Shown: in pieces, positions 10,401-25,400 of the stretch
Layout of the letters: each line of letters opens with the position of its first letter
Numbering within the stretch: the first letter of the stretch is position 1
Notes under the pieces: generated by a model
Databases searched by the model: none
Told to the model about the DNA's origin: nothing
The model's input: the letters and a program-made list of their open reading frames with translations, nothing else
Assembly (NCBI GenBank): GCA_965655095.1
Contig: OZ296649.1
Coordinates: 14,570,001-14,634,000 of the forward strand
Reading direction: 5' to 3'
Source of the DNA: Haplodiscus bocki
Taxonomy: Eukaryota
DNA: 64,000 bases
Made by a program: the position numbers and the translations under genes

Positions 10401-13400
10401 AATTTGAGCAAAAATAGCAAAGATAGTTGACATCAATTCGAATGTTTCCAAATGATTAACAACAAGAAAAGTGTACCGTAAAAGAACACTGTTGTTCAGG
10501 GAAACTAATGATAGAGTGTAGAGTGTATAACCCAACGCGCATTCCTTACCGCTTTATATTGTTATTCGCTACTGTCGTTCCAGGCGCGATGCTGTTGTTG
10601 GGAAAGTTAAGCCTCGTTATAAATATAACTTGTTTCCACTCATTGCGCTTTTAATAAAATGTTGATGCTGGTTTCACTTGATGAAGTCGATATATCGTGG
10701 TTGAGGAAATTTTCACTAAATTAACCGTGGGTTTTTCACAAACGTTGTCGAAGCACAGATTTCTTTACAAAGGCCAGTTATCGTGTTCACAACTATTGGG
10801 AGGAATTACTATGACGTAATGGATTTCATATCGGTGTCGGAATATAGTGCTGCATAAAATGCTGATATATTAGTTTCTAATATATAATATAAAGCTTCAC
10901 AACATATGACATAGGGTAATTGAATGATAGCGTATTTGTTGGGTTTACATTTCCATCAAGCTGGCTTTATACTGCAGTTAGGAACAAGAAGTGGAGGCCC
11001 ATTGTGTTAGATGTTGTCTTTTCTCTGGTATTGATGTGTCCTTCGCTAATTTGGGCGTGTACTATCCTTTGTGTGTTCTTCAATGGGAGTAAGATGCTAA
11101 ATTGGCAAACCTTCGCTGGTTTCGGAGAAATGCCTGATGGTCTTGGATTTCTCACAACTTTGCCAATGCGGCTCCGACAAAACTAGCAATTGGTGATTTT
11201 GATAAATGTTTGACAGCCTGCATTGCCATTTTGTCTGTCATGCTCTGCTACTTCCATATTAGGCTGGTTGACCATCACTTTTTTGGCGGTAAAAGCACTA
11301 TTTTGGCGTCAAAATGCCTCTGTTCTAATTGCTGTAAACCAAATCATTTTTGCTGGTTTTTTGTTGGCTGCAGTCGAATAGCACCGTGCCGTGCATTGGA
11401 GTGAAGTTTGGCACAGACTCATGTAATTTCCACAAGACGCTTTGCAAGAATGTAACTTCGATTATTGAATAATATGCAGCAATGTCATGCCATTGTGCGC
11501 ATCTTTAACTCACAAAAAAGAAAGTCAAGTGCCATGGTTGTCACAAATTTTGGCAGGAGATTCGCGTTTTTACAATTTTTGTGTCGTTGTCTGTAGATTT
11601 TGGTGTTTCCCGCTCTTTTATTGGTGCTGTGTCTTCACTTTTTTCTTAGCGGTAGTATCTTTTTGGCATACATTAATGTTTTCCCTTTGCGATCTTGACA
11701 GTTTCCTTCTATTGTAGGCCGAAGTTTCGTTTTTCAATAGCCTTCTCGAAGAGCAAAATTTGGAATGCTACCAGTAATCATAATTCAAACCCAAGTTCAC
11801 TGTCTTCTAAGTTGCGCCTGAAAATGGCGTCAGTACGGGAAGATACTTTGAGTGGAATGTGCGGTTCATGGCTGATGACCGTTAGGTTGATCAGTCGTTC
11901 CTATGGACGCCTGCCTTTAACTTCTGTAGTTTTCGTTGCTTGGTTGCATTTTGGTTTCAGGGAAATGTTGATTGTGGTAATATTGGGTGTTTTCAGATCT
12001 TTCCTTGAAAGTTATCTGCTGACAATCATGTTGGTCCTGCTTATCTTAATAGACGTCAGAGTTGTTGTTTCGGTTTTTGTTTTCCTGCGCCTAATTACTT
12101 GAGCTAACTGGTCATGTGTCAACTAAGTTCCTCATGTGATTTTGATTCTGGCCCGTGGTTGGCTGCTAGTCTCCAAATCTAATTGTTCTCAACAGGAGTT
12201 ATTGATAATCACACCTCGATTCTGCATAGACGATTGCCGCTGGCCTTACTACTTTCTGATTGGCCGAACGTAATCACGAATAAAAAACTTCCTAGTTAAG
12301 ATCGCAATTTGAGCAAGAATAGCAAAGATAGTTGACATCAATTCGAATATTTCCAAATGATTAACAACAAGAAAACTGTACCTTAAAAAACACTGTTGTT
12401 CACGGAAAGTAATGATAGAGTCTAGAGTGTACCACCCAACGCGCATTCCTTACCGCGTTATAACGTTACTCGCTACTGTCGTTCCAGGCGCGATGCTGAT
12501 GTTGGGAAAGTTATGCCACGTTATAAATATAACTTGTTTCCACTCATTGCGCTTCTAATAAAATGTTGATGCTGGTTTCACTTGATGAAGTCGATATATC
12601 GTGGTTGTGGAAATTTTCACTAAATTCACCGTGGGCACATCGCAAACTTTGTCGTAGCAGACATTTCGTTACAAAGGCCACTTGTCGCGTTCTCATCTAA
12701 TGGGAGGAAGTACTATGACATAGTGGAATTCATGTTGGTGTCTCAATATAGTGCTGCATAAAATGCTGATATATTACTTTCTAGTATATGATATGAAGCT
12801 TCATAACATATGACATAGGATAATTGAATGATCGCGTCTTTGTTGGGTTTACACTTTCATCAAGCTGACTTTATACTGCAGTTAGGAACAAGAAGTGGAG
12901 GCCCATTGTGTTAGATGTTATCATTTCTCTGGTATTGATGTGTCCTTCGCTAATTTAGGCGTGTACTATCCTTTGTGTGTTCTTCAATGGGAGTAAGATG
13001 CTAAATTGGCAAACCTTCGCTGGTTTCGGAGAAATGGCTGATGGTCTTGGATTTCTCACATCTTTGCCAATGCGGCTCTGACACAACTAGCAATTGGTGA
13101 TTTTGATAAATGTTTGACAGCCTGCATTGCCATTTTGTCTGTCATGCTCTGCTACTTCCAAATTAGGCTGGTTGACCATCACTTTTTTGGCGGTAAAAGC
13201 ACTATTTTGGCGTCAAATTGCCTCTGTTCTAATTGCTGTAATCCAAATCATTTTTGCTGGTTTTTTGTTGGCTGCAGTCGAATAGCACCGTGCCGTGCAT
13301 TGGAGTGAAGTTTGGCACAGACTCATGTAATTTCCACAAGACGCTTTGCAAGAATGTAACTTCGATTATTGAATAATATGCAGCAATGTCATGCCATTGT

Positions 13401-16400
13401 GCGCATCTTTAACTCACAAAAAAGAAAGTCAAGTGCCATGGTTGTCACAAATTTTGGCAGGAGATTCGCGCTTTTACAATTTTTGTGTCGTTGTCTGTAG
13501 ATTTTGGTGTTTCCCGCTCTTTTATTGGTGCGGTGTCTTCACTTTTTTCTTAGCGGTAGTATCTTTTTGGCATACATTAATGTTTTCCCTTTGCGATCTT
13601 GACAGTTTCCTTCTATTGTAGGCCGAAGTTTCGTTTTTCAATAGCCTTCTCGAAGAGCAACATTTGACATGCTACCAGTAATCATAATTCAAACCCAAGT
13701 TCACTGTCTTCTAAGTTGCGCCTGAAAATGGCGTCTACACGGGAAGATACTTTGAGTAGAATGTGCGGTTCATGGCTGATGATCGTTAGGTTGATCAGTC
13801 GTTCCTATGGACTTCTGCCTTTAATTTCTGTGGTTTTCGTTGCTTGGTTGCATTTTGGTTTCAGGGAAATGTTGATTGTGGTAATATTGGGTGTTTTCAG
13901 ATCTTTCCTTGAAAGTTATCTGCTGACAATCATGTTGGTCCTGCTTATCTTAATAGACGTCAGAGTTGTTGTTTCGGTTTTTGTTTTCCTGCGCCTAATT
14001 ACTTGAGCTAACTGGTCATGTGTCAACTAAGTTCCTCATTTGATTTTGATTCTGGCCCGTGGTTGGCTGCTGGTCTCCAAATCTAATTGTTCTCAACAGG
14101 AGTTATTGATAATCACACCTCGATTCTGCATAGACGATTGCCGCTGGCCTTACTACTTTCTGATTGGCCGAGCGTAATCACGAATAAAAAACTTCCTAGT
14201 TAAGATCGCAATTTGAGCAAGAATAGCAAAGATAGTTGACATCAATTCGAATGTTTCCAAATGATTAACAACAAGAAAACTGTACCGTAAAAAAACACTG
14301 TTGTTCACGGAAAGTAATGATAGAGTCTAGAGTGTACCACCCAACGCGCACTCCTTACCGCGTTATAACGTTACTCGCTACTGTCGTTCCAGGCGCGATG
14401 CTGATGTTGGGAAAGTTATGCCACGTTATAAATATAACTTGTTGATGCTGGTTTCACTTGATGAAGTCGATATATCGTGGTTGTGGAAATTTTCACTAAA
14501 TTCACCATGGGCACATCGCAAACTTTGTCGTAGCAGACATTTCGTTACAAAGGCCACTTGTCGCGTTCCCATCTAATGGGAGGAAGTACTATTACATAGT
14601 GGAATTCAAGTCGGTGTCTCAATATAGTGCTGCATAAAATGCTGATATATTACTTTCTAGTATATGATATGAAGCTTCATAACATATGACTTAGGATAAT
14701 TGAATGATCGCGTCTTTGTTGGGTTTACACTTTCATCAAGCTGACTTTATACTGCAGTTAGGAACAAGAAGTGGAGGCCCATTGTGTTAGATGTTATCAT
14801 TTCTCTGCTATTGATGTGTCCTTCGCTAATTTAGGCGTGTACTATCCTCTGTGTGTTCGTCAATGGGAGTGAGATGCTAATTTGGCAAACCTTCGCTGGT
14901 TTCGGAGAAATGGCTGATGGTCTTGGATTTCTCACATCTTTGCCAATGCGGCTCTGACAAGTGTGGCAATTTGTGAGTTTATTATTTATTGACAGCCTGC
15001 ACTGCCATTTTGTCTTTCATGCTCTGCTACTTCCATGTTAAGCTGGGTGGCCATCACTTTTTTGGCGGTAAAAAAATTAGTTTGGCGTCAAATTGCCTCT
15101 GTTGTAATTGTTCGAACCCAAAAAATTTTTTCTGGTCTTCTGTTGTCTGCGGTTGAACAACACCGCGCCGTGCATCGGAACGAAAATTGGCACTAACTCA
15201 AGTAGTTTTCACAAGACGCTTTGCATGAATGTACCTCCGATTATTGATTATTATCCAGCAACGTCATGCCCATGTGTGCTTCTTTTACTCACAAAAAACA
15301 AAGCAAAGTGCCATAGTTGTCACAAATCTCGGCAGCTGGTTCCTGTTTTCACACTTTTTGCGTTGTAGTCTGGAGATATTGGTGGTTTCCGGTCTTTACT
15401 TCGGTTCGCGGTCTTCAATTTTGTCCTAGTAGTAGGATCTTTCCGCCATACATTAATGCTTTCCATTTTGCGATCTTTGCAGTTTAGTTTTCTCGATTAC
15501 CGAAATTTAGGGCACTACCAGTAAACATACTTTAGTTCCACTTTCGCCATCTTCCAAAATGCGTTTGAGATTGGCGCCAGTATGGGATTAGCCTTTGAGT
15601 GGAATGTGCGGTCCGTGACTGATGGTTGTTAGGTTGATCAGCCCTTCTAATCGACGCGAGCCTTAAAGTTCTGTGGTTTTCGTTGCTTTGTTGCATTTGC
15701 ATTTCAGGGAAATGTCGTTCATTGGGGTAATATTGGGTGTTTTCAGATCTTTCATTGAAAATTGTCTGTTGACAATCATGTTGGCCCTCCTTATCTTGAT
15801 CGACGTCAGAGTTGTTGTTTCGGATTTTGTTTTCGTGCGCCTAATTACTTGAGCTAACTGGTCATGTGTCAACTAAGTTCCTCATGTGATTTTGATTCTG
15901 GCCCGTGGTTGGCTGCTGGTCTTCAAATCTAATTGTTCTCAACAAGAGTTATTGATAATCACACCTCAATTCTGCATAGGTGATTGCCGCTGGCCTCACT
16001 ACTTTCTGACTGGCCGACCGTAATCACGAATAAATAACTTCCTAGTTAAGATCGCAATTTGAGCAAAAATAGCAAAGATAGTTGACATCAGTTCGAATGT
16101 TTCCAAATGATTAACAACAAGAAAAGTGTACCGTAAAAGAACACTGTTGTTCAGGGAAACTAATGATAGAGTGTAGAGTGTATCACCCAGCGCGCATTCC
16201 TTACCGCGTTACAATGTTACTCGCTACTGTCGTTCCAGGCGCGATGCTGATGTTGGGAAAGTTATGCCACGTTTTAAATAAAACTTTCTTCCAGTCATTG
16301 CGCTTCTAGTAAAATTTTGATGATGGTTTCACTTGATGAAGTCGATATATCGTGGTTAAGGAAATTTTCACTAAATTCACCGTGGGTTTTTCACAAACGT

Positions 16401-19400
16401 TGTCGAAGCACAGATTCCATTACAAAGGCTACTTATCGTGTTCACAACTATTGGGAGGAATTACAATGACGTAATGGACTTCATATCGGTGTCGGAATAT
16501 AGTGCTGCATAAAATGCTGATATATTAGTTTCTAATATATAATATGAAGCTTCATAACATATGACATAGGTTAATTGAATGATCGCGTCTTTGCTGGGTT
16601 TACACTTTCATCAAGCTGACTTTATACTGCAGTTAGGAAGAAGAAGTGGAGGCCCATTGTGTTAGATGTTGTCATTTCTCTGGTATTGATGTGTCCTTCG
16701 CTAATTTGGGCGTGTACTATCTTTTGTGTATTCTTCAATGGGAGTAAGATGCTAAATTGGCAAACCTTCGCTGGTTTCGGAGAAACGGCTGATAGTCTTG
16801 GATTTCTCACATCTTTGCCAATGCGGCTCTGACAAGTGTGGCAATTGGCCAGTTTATTAATTATTGACAGCCTGCACTGCCATTTTGTCTTTCATGCTCT
16901 GCTACTTCCATGTTAAGCTGGGTGGCCATCACTTTTTTGGCGGTAAAAGCACTATTTTGGCGTCAAATTGCCTCTCTTCTAATTGCTGTAAACCAAATCA
17001 TTTTTTGTGGTTTTTTGTTGGCTGCGGTCGAAGAGCACCGTGCCGTGCATCGGAGTAAAGTTTGGCACCAACTCAAGTAACTTCCACAAGACGCTTTGCA
17101 AGAATGTAACTCCGATTATTGAATAATATGCAGCAATGTCATGCCATTGTGTGCATCTTTAACTCACAAAAAAGAAAGTCAAGTGCCATGGTTGTCACAA
17201 ATTTTGGCAGGAGATTCGCGTTTTTACAATTTTTGTGTCGTTGTCTGTAGATTTTGGTGTTTCCCGCTCTTTTATTGGTGCGGTGTCTTCACTTTTTTCT
17301 TAGCGGTAGTATCTTTTTGGCATACATTATTGTTTTCCCTTTGCGATCTTGACAGTTTCCTTCTATTGTAGGCCGAAGTTTCGTTTTTCAAAAGCCTTCT
17401 CGAAGAGCAAAATTTGGAATGCAACCAGTAATCATAATTCAAACCCAAGTTCACTGTCTTCTAAGTTGCGCCTGAAAATGGCGTCAGTACGGGAAGATAC
17501 TTTGAGTGGAATGTGCGGTTCATGGCTGATGACCGTTAGGTTGATCAGTCGTTCCTATGGACGCCTGCCTTTAATTTCTGTGGTTTTCGTTGCTTGGTTG
17601 CATTTTGGTTTCAGGGAAATGTTGATTGTGGTAATATTGGGTGTTTTCAGATCTTTCCTTGAAAGTTATCTGCTGACAATAATGTTGGTCCTGCTTATCT
17701 TAATAGACGTCAGAGTTGTTGTTTCGGTTTTTGTTTTCCTGCGCCTAATTACTTGAGCTAACTGGTCATGTGTCAACTAAGTTCCTCATGTGATTTTGAT
17801 TCTGTCCCGTGGTTGGCTGCTGGTCTTCAAATCTAATTGTTCTCAACAGGAGTTATTGATAATCACACCCTAATTCTGCATAGGTGATTGCCGCTGGCCT
17901 TACTATTTTCTGATTGGCCAAACGTAATCACGAATAAATAACTTCCTAAATAAGATCGCAATTTGAGCAAAAACAGCAAAGATAGTTGACATCAATTCGA
18001 ATGTTTCCAAATGAAAAAACAACAAGAAAAGTGTACCATAAAAGAACACTGTTGTTCACGGAAACTAATGAAAAAGTCTAGAGTGTACCACCCAACGCGC
18101 ATTCCTTACCGCGTTATATTGTTACTCTCTACTGTCGTTCCAGGTGCGATGCTGATGCTGGTAAAGTTATACCACGTTGTAAATATAACTTGTTTCCACT
18201 CATTGCGCTTCTAATAAAAAGTTTATGCTGGTTTCAATTGATGAAGTCGATATATTGTGGTTGGGGAAATTTTCACTAAATTCACCGTGGGCATATCACA
18301 AATTTTGTCGTAGCAGACATTCCGTTACAAAGGCCACTTGTCGCGTTCTCATCTAATGGCAGGAAGTACTATGACATAAAGGAATTCACATCGGTGTCTC
18401 AATATAGTGCTGCATAAAATGCTGATATTTTCGTTTCTAAGATATAATATAAAGCTTCATAACATATGACATAGGGTAATTGAATGATAGCGTATTTGTT
18501 GGGCTTACATTTCCATCAAGCTGACTTTATACTGCAGTTAGGAACAAGAAGTGGAGGCCCATTGTGTTAGATGTTATCATTTCTCTGGTATTGATGTGTC
18601 CTTCGCTAATTTGGGCGTATACTATCCTTTGTGTGTTCTTCAATGGGAGTGCGATGCTAATTTGGCAAACCTTCGCTGGTTTCGGATAAATGGCTGATAG
18701 TCTTGGATTTCTCACATCTTTGCCAATGCGGCTCTGACAAGTGTGACAATTGGTGAGTTTAGTAATTATTGACAGCCTGCACTGCCATTTTGTCTTTCAT
18801 GCTCTGCTACTTCCATGTTAAGCTGGGTGGCCATCACTTTTTTGGCGGTAAAAAAATTAGTTTGGCGTCAAATTGCCTCTGTTGTAATTGTTCGAACCCA
18901 AAAAATTTTTTCTGGTCTTTTGTTGTCTGCGGTTGAACAACATCGCGCCGTGCATCGGAACGAAAATTGGCACCAACTCAAGTAGTTTTCACAAGACGCT
19001 TTGCATGAATGTACCTCCGATTATTGATTTTTATCCAGCAACGTCATGCCCATGTGTGCTTCTTTTACTCACAAAAAACAAAGTAAAGTGCCATAGTTGT
19101 CACAAATCTCGGCAGCTGGTTCCTGTTTTCACACTTTTTGCGTTGTAGTCTGGAGATATTGGTGGTTTCCGGTCTTTACTTCGGTTCGCGGTCTTCAATT
19201 TTGTCTTAGCAGTAGGATCTTTCCGCCATACACTACTGTTTTCCATTTTGCGATCTTTGCAGTTTAGCTTTCTCGATTACCGAAATTTCGGGCGCTACCA
19301 GTAAACATACTTTAGTTCCATTTTCGCCATTTTCCAAAATGCGTTTGAGGTTGGCGCCAGTATGGGATTAGCCTTTGAGTGGAATGTGCGGTCCGTGACT

Positions 19401-22400
19401 GATGGTTGTTGGGTTGATCAGCCCTTCTAATCGACGCGAGCCTTAAAATTCTGTGGTTTTCGTTGCTTTGTTGCATTTGCATTTCAGGGAAATGTCGTTC
19501 ATTGGGGTAATATTGGGTGTTTTCAGATCTTTCATTGAAAGTTGTCTGTTGACAATCATGTTGGCCCTCCTTATCTTGATCGACGTCAGAGTTGTTGTTT
19601 CGGTATTTGTTTTCGTGCGCCTAATTACTTGAGCTAACTGGTCATGTGTCAACTAAGTTCCTCATGTGATTTTGATTCTGGCCCGTGGTTGGCTGCTGGT
19701 CTTCAAATCTAATTGTTCTCAACAGGAGTTATTGATAATCACACCTCAATTCTGCATAGTTGATTGCCGCTGGCCTTACTACTTTCTGATTGGCCAACCG
19801 TAATCACGAATAAATAACTTCCTAAATAAGATCGCAGTTTGAGCAAAAATAGCAAAGATAGTTGACATCAATTCGAATGTTTCCAAATGATTAACAACAA
19901 AAAAAGTCTAACGTAAAAGAACATTGTTGTTCAGGGAAACTAATGATAGAGTGTAGAGTGTATCACCCAACGTGCATTCCTTACCGCGTTATAATGTTAC
20001 TCGCTACTGTCGTTCCAGGCGCGATGCTGATGTTGGGAAAGTTATGCCTCGTTATAAATAAAACTTTCTTCCACTCATTGCGCTTCTGATAAAATGTTGA
20101 TGCTGGTTTCACTTGATGAAGTCGATATATCGTGGTTGAGGAAATTTTCACTAAATTCACCGTGGGTTTTTCACAAACGTTGTCGAAGCACAGATTTCGT
20201 TACAAAGGCCACTTATCGTGTTCACAACTATTGGGAGGAATTACAATGACGTAATTGATTTCATATCGGTGTCGGAATATAGTGCTGCATAAAATGCTGA
20301 TATATTAGTTTCTAATATATAATATAAAGCTTCATAACATATGACATAGCGTAATTGAATGATAGCACATTTGTTGGGTTTACATTTCCGTCAAGCTGGC
20401 TTTATACTGCAGTTAGGAACAAGAAGTGGAGGCCCATTGTGTTAGAAGTTATCATTTCTCTGGTATTGATGTGTCCTTTGCTAATTTGGGCGTGTACTAT
20501 CCTTTGTGTGTTCTTCAATGGGAGTAAGATGCTAAATTGGCAAACCTTCGCTGGTTTCGGAAAAATGGCTGATGGGCTTGGATTTCTCACATCTTTGCCA
20601 ATGCGGCGCTGACAAAACTAGCAATTGGTGATTTTAATAAATGATTGACAGCCTGCATTGCCATTTTGTCTGTCATGCTCTGCTACTTCCATATTAGGCT
20701 GGTTAACCATCACTTTTTTGGCGGTAAAAGCACTATTTTGGCGTCAAATTGCCTCTGTTCTAATTGCTGTAAACCAAATCATTTTTGCTGGTTTTTTGTT
20801 GGCTGCAGTCGAATAGCACCGTGCCGTGCATTGGAGTGAAGTTTGGCACAGACTCATGTAATTTCCACAAGACGCTTTGCAAGAATGTAACTTCGATTAT
20901 TGAATAATATGCAGCAATGTCATGCCATTGTGCGCATCTTTAACTCACAAAAAAGAAAGTCAAGTGCCATGGTTGTCACAAATTTTGGCAGGAGATTCGC
21001 GTTTTTACAATTTTTGTGTCGTTGTCTGTAGATTTTGGTGTTTCCCGCTCTTTTATTGGTGCTGTGTCTTCACTTTTTTCTTAGCGGTAGTATCTTTTTG
21101 GCATACATTAATGTTTTCCCTTTGCGATCTTGACAGTTTCCTTCTATTGTAGGCCGAAGTTTCGTTTTTCAATAGCCTTCTCGAAGAGCAAAATTTGGAA
21201 TGCTACCAGTAATCATAATTCAAACCCAAGTTCACTGTCTTCTAAGTTGCGCCTGAAAATGGCGTCAGTACGGGAAGATACTTTGAGTGGAATGTGCGGT
21301 TCATGGCTGATGACCGTTAGGTTGATCAGTCGTTCCTATGGACGCCTGCCTTTAACTTCTGTAGTTTTCGTTGCTTGGTTGCATTTTGGTTTCAGGGAAA
21401 TGTTGATTGTGGTAATATTGGGTGTTTTCAGATCTTTCCTTGAAAGTTATCTGCTGACAATCATGTTGGTCCTGCTTATCTTAATAGACGTCAGAGTTGT
21501 TGTTTCGGTTTTTGTTTTCCTGCGCCTAATTACTTGAGCTAACTGGTCATGTGTCAACTAAGTTCCTCATGTGATTTTGATTCTGGCCCGTGGTTGCCTG
21601 CTGGTCTTCAAATCTAATTGTTCTCAACAGGAGTTATTGATAATCACACCTCAATTCTGCATAGCTGATTGCCGCTGGCCTTACTACTTTCTGATTGGCC
21701 GACCGTAATCACGATTGAATAACTTCCTAGTTAAGATCGCAATTTGAGCAAAAATAGCAAAGAGAGTTGGCATCAATTCGAATGTTTCCAAATGATTAAC
21801 AACAAGAAAAGTGTACCGTAAAAGAACACTGTTGTTCACGGAAACTAATGAAACAGTCTAGAGTGTATCACCCAAAGCGCCTTCCTTACCGCGTTATAAT
21901 GTTACTCTCTACTGTCGTTCCAGGTGCGATGCTGATGCTGGTAAAATTATACCACGTTGTAAATATAACTTGTTTCCACTCATTGCGCTTTTAATAAAAT
22001 GTTGATGCTGGTTTCACTTGATGAAGTCGATATATCGTGGTTGAGGAAATTTTCACTAAATTCACCGTGGGTTTTTCACAAACGTTGTCGAAGCACAGAT
22101 TTCGTTACAAAGGCCAGTTATCGCGTTCACAAATATTGGGAGGAATTAATATGACGTAATGGATTTCATATCGGTGTCTGAATATAGTGCTGCATAAAAT
22201 GCTTATGTATTAGTTTTTAATATATAATATAAATCTTCATAACATATGACATAGGTTAATTGAATGATCGCGTCTTTGTTGGGTTTACACTTTCATCAAG
22301 TTGACTTTATACTGCAGTTAGGAACAAGAAGTGGAGGCCCATTGTGCTAGATGTTATCATTTCTCTGGTGTTGATGCGTCCTTCACTAAATTGAGCGTGT

Positions 22401-25400
22401 ACTATCCTTTGAGTGTTCTTCAATGGGAGTAGGATACCAGTTTGGCAAACCTTCGCTGGTTGAGGAGAAATGGCTGGTGATCTTGGATTCCTCACATTTT
22501 TGCACATGCGGCTCTGACAAGTTTAGTATTGGTGATTTTTTTAATTGATTGCTAGCCTGCACTGCCATTTTGTCTGTCATGCTCTGCTACCTCCATATTA
22601 GGCTGGGTGACCATCACGTTTTTGGCGGTCAAAGCGCTAGTTTGGTGTCAAATTGCCTCTTTTCTAATTGCTCTAACCCAAATCATCTTTTCTAGGTTTT
22701 TGTTGTCTGCAGTCGAATAGCACCGTGCCGTGCATTGGAGTGAAGTTTGGCACAGACTCATGTAATTTCCACAAGACGCTTTGCATAAATGTAACTCCGA
22801 TTATTGATTAATATGCAGCAAGGTCATGCCATTGTGCGAATCTTTAACTCACAAAAAAGAAAGTCAAGTGCCATGGTTGTCACAAATTTCGGCAGCTGAT
22901 TCCCGTAGGCAGAAATTTTGTGTCGTAGTCGGGAGATAATGGTGTTTTCCCTCTTTTTTTTTGGTTCGGAGTCTTGAATTTTTTCTGAACTGTAGCATCA
23001 TTCCGGCATACATTATTGCATTCATCTCTGCGACCTTGGCAGTTTCCCTCTTTTTTAGGCAAAATTTGTCCCTTTCTACAACCTCGAAAATCGAAACTCC
23101 AAGTGCTACCTGTAATCAAACTTTGGTTCCAATTTCGCCTTCGTCTGAAATGCGTCTGAAATTGGCGTCAGTGGGGGATTATCTTTTGATTGGAATGTGC
23201 GGTTCGTGACTGATGATTGTTAGGTTGATCGGTTATTCCGATCTACGCCAGCCTTAAAGTTTTGTGGTTTTCGTTGCTTTGTTGCATTTGCATTTCAAGG
23301 TAATGTCGTTGATTGTGGTAATATTGGGTGGTTTCAGGTTCTTCTTTGAAAAATGTTTGCTGGCAAATATGTTGGTCCTCCTTATTTTTGTCGACGTAAG
23401 GGTTGCTGTGTCTGTTTTTGTTTTCGTGCGCCTAATTAATTGAACTAACTGGTCAAGTGTCAACTGAGCTGATCACGTGATTTTGAATCTGGTCTGCGGT
23501 TGGCTGCTGGTCTTTAAACCTAATTGTACTCAACAGGTGATAAAGATAATCACACTTCAATCCTGCACAGGTGGTTCCCGCTGGTCTGACTAATTTTTGA
23601 TTGGCCCACGCCAATCACGAATAAATAACTTCTCAGATAAATTCGCATTTTAAGCACAAATAGCAAAGATAGCTAACATCAATTCGGATGATTCCAAATG
23701 GTTAATAACTAGAAAACTGTACCGTAAAAGAACACTGTTGTTCACGGAGACTAATGAATGAGTCTAGAGTGTATCACCCAACGAGCATTGCTTACCGCGT
23801 TATAATGTTACTCGCTACTGTCGTTCCAGGCGCGATGCTGATGTTGGAAAAGTTATGCCACGTTATAAATATATCTTGCTTCCACTCATTGCGCTTTTAA
23901 TAAAATGTTGATGCTGGTTTCACTTCATCAAGTCGATATATCGTGGTTGAGGAAATTTTCACTAAATTCACCGTGGGTTTTTCACAAACGTTGTCGAAGC
24001 ACAGATTTCGTTACAAAGGCCAGTTATCGCGTTCACAACTATTGGGAGGAATTACTATGACGTAATGGATTTCATATCGGTGTCTGAATATAGTGCTGCA
24101 TAAAATGCTGATATATTGGTTTCTAATGTAAAATATAAAGCTTCATAACATATGACATAGGGTAATTGAATGATAGCGTATTTGTTGTGTTTACATATCC
24201 ATCAAGCTGGCTTTATACTGCAGTTAGGAACAAGAAGTGGAGGCCCATTGTGTTAGATGTTGTCATCTTTCTGGTATTGATGTGTCCTTCGCTAATTTGG
24301 GCGTGTACTATCCTTTGTGTGTTCTTCAATGGAAGTGCGATGCTAATTTGGCAAACCTTCGCTGGTTTCGGAGAAATGGCTGATGTTCTTGGATTTCTCA
24401 CATCTTTGCCAATGCGGCTCTCACAAAACTGGCAATTGGTGAGTTTAATAATTGATTGACAGCCTGCATTGCCATTTTGTCTGTTATGCTCTGCTACTTC
24501 CATAATAGGCTGGTTGACCATGACTTTTTTGGCGGTAAAAGCACTATTTTGGCGTCAAATTGCCTCTGTTCTAATTGCTGTAAACCGAATCATTTTTGCT
24601 GGTTCTTTGTTGGCTGCAGTCGAATAGCACCGTGCCGTGCATTGGAGTGAAGTTTGGCACAGACTGATGTAATTTCCACAAGACGCTTTGCAAGAATGTA
24701 ACTTCGATTATTGAATAATATGCAGCAATGTCATGCCATTGTGCGCATCTTTAACTCACAAAAAAGAAAGTCAAGTGCCATGGTTGTCACAAATTTTGGC
24801 AGGAGATTCGCGTTTTTACAATTTTTGTGTCGTTGTCTGTAGATTTTGGTGTTTCCCGCTCTTTTATTGGTGCGGTGTCTTCACTTTTTTCTTAGCGGTA
24901 GTATCTTTTTGGCATACATTAATGTTTTCCCTTTGCGATCTTGACAGTTTCCTTCTATTGTAGGCTGAAGTTTCGTTTTTCAATAGCCTTCTCGAAGAGC
25001 AAAATTTGGACTGCTACCAGTAATCATAATTCAAACCCAAGTTCACTGTCTTCTAAGTTGCGCCTGAAAATGGCGTCAGTACGGGAAGACACTTTGAGTG
25101 GAATGTGCGGTTCATGGCTGATGATCGTTAGGTTGATCAGTCGTTCCTATGGACGCCTGCCTTTAATTTCTGTGGTTTTCGTTGCTTGGTTGCATTTTGG
25201 TTTCAGGGAAATGTTGATTGTGGTAATATTGGGTGTTTTCAGATCTTTCCTTGAAAGTTATCTGCTGACAATCATGTTGGTCCTGCTTATCTTAATAGAC
25301 GTCAGAGTTGTTGTTTCGGTTTTTGTTTTCCTGCGCCTAATTACTTGAGCTAACTGGTCATGTGTCAACTAAGTATCTCATGTGATTTTGATTCTGGCCC

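Noticed and set aside
23599-23616. NF-I binding site in C-type monomers (TTGGC-N4-GCCAA)
   Set aside because: The canonical NF-I spacer is 5 nt and the motif is lost in A/B monomers. Kept only as a lineage marker.
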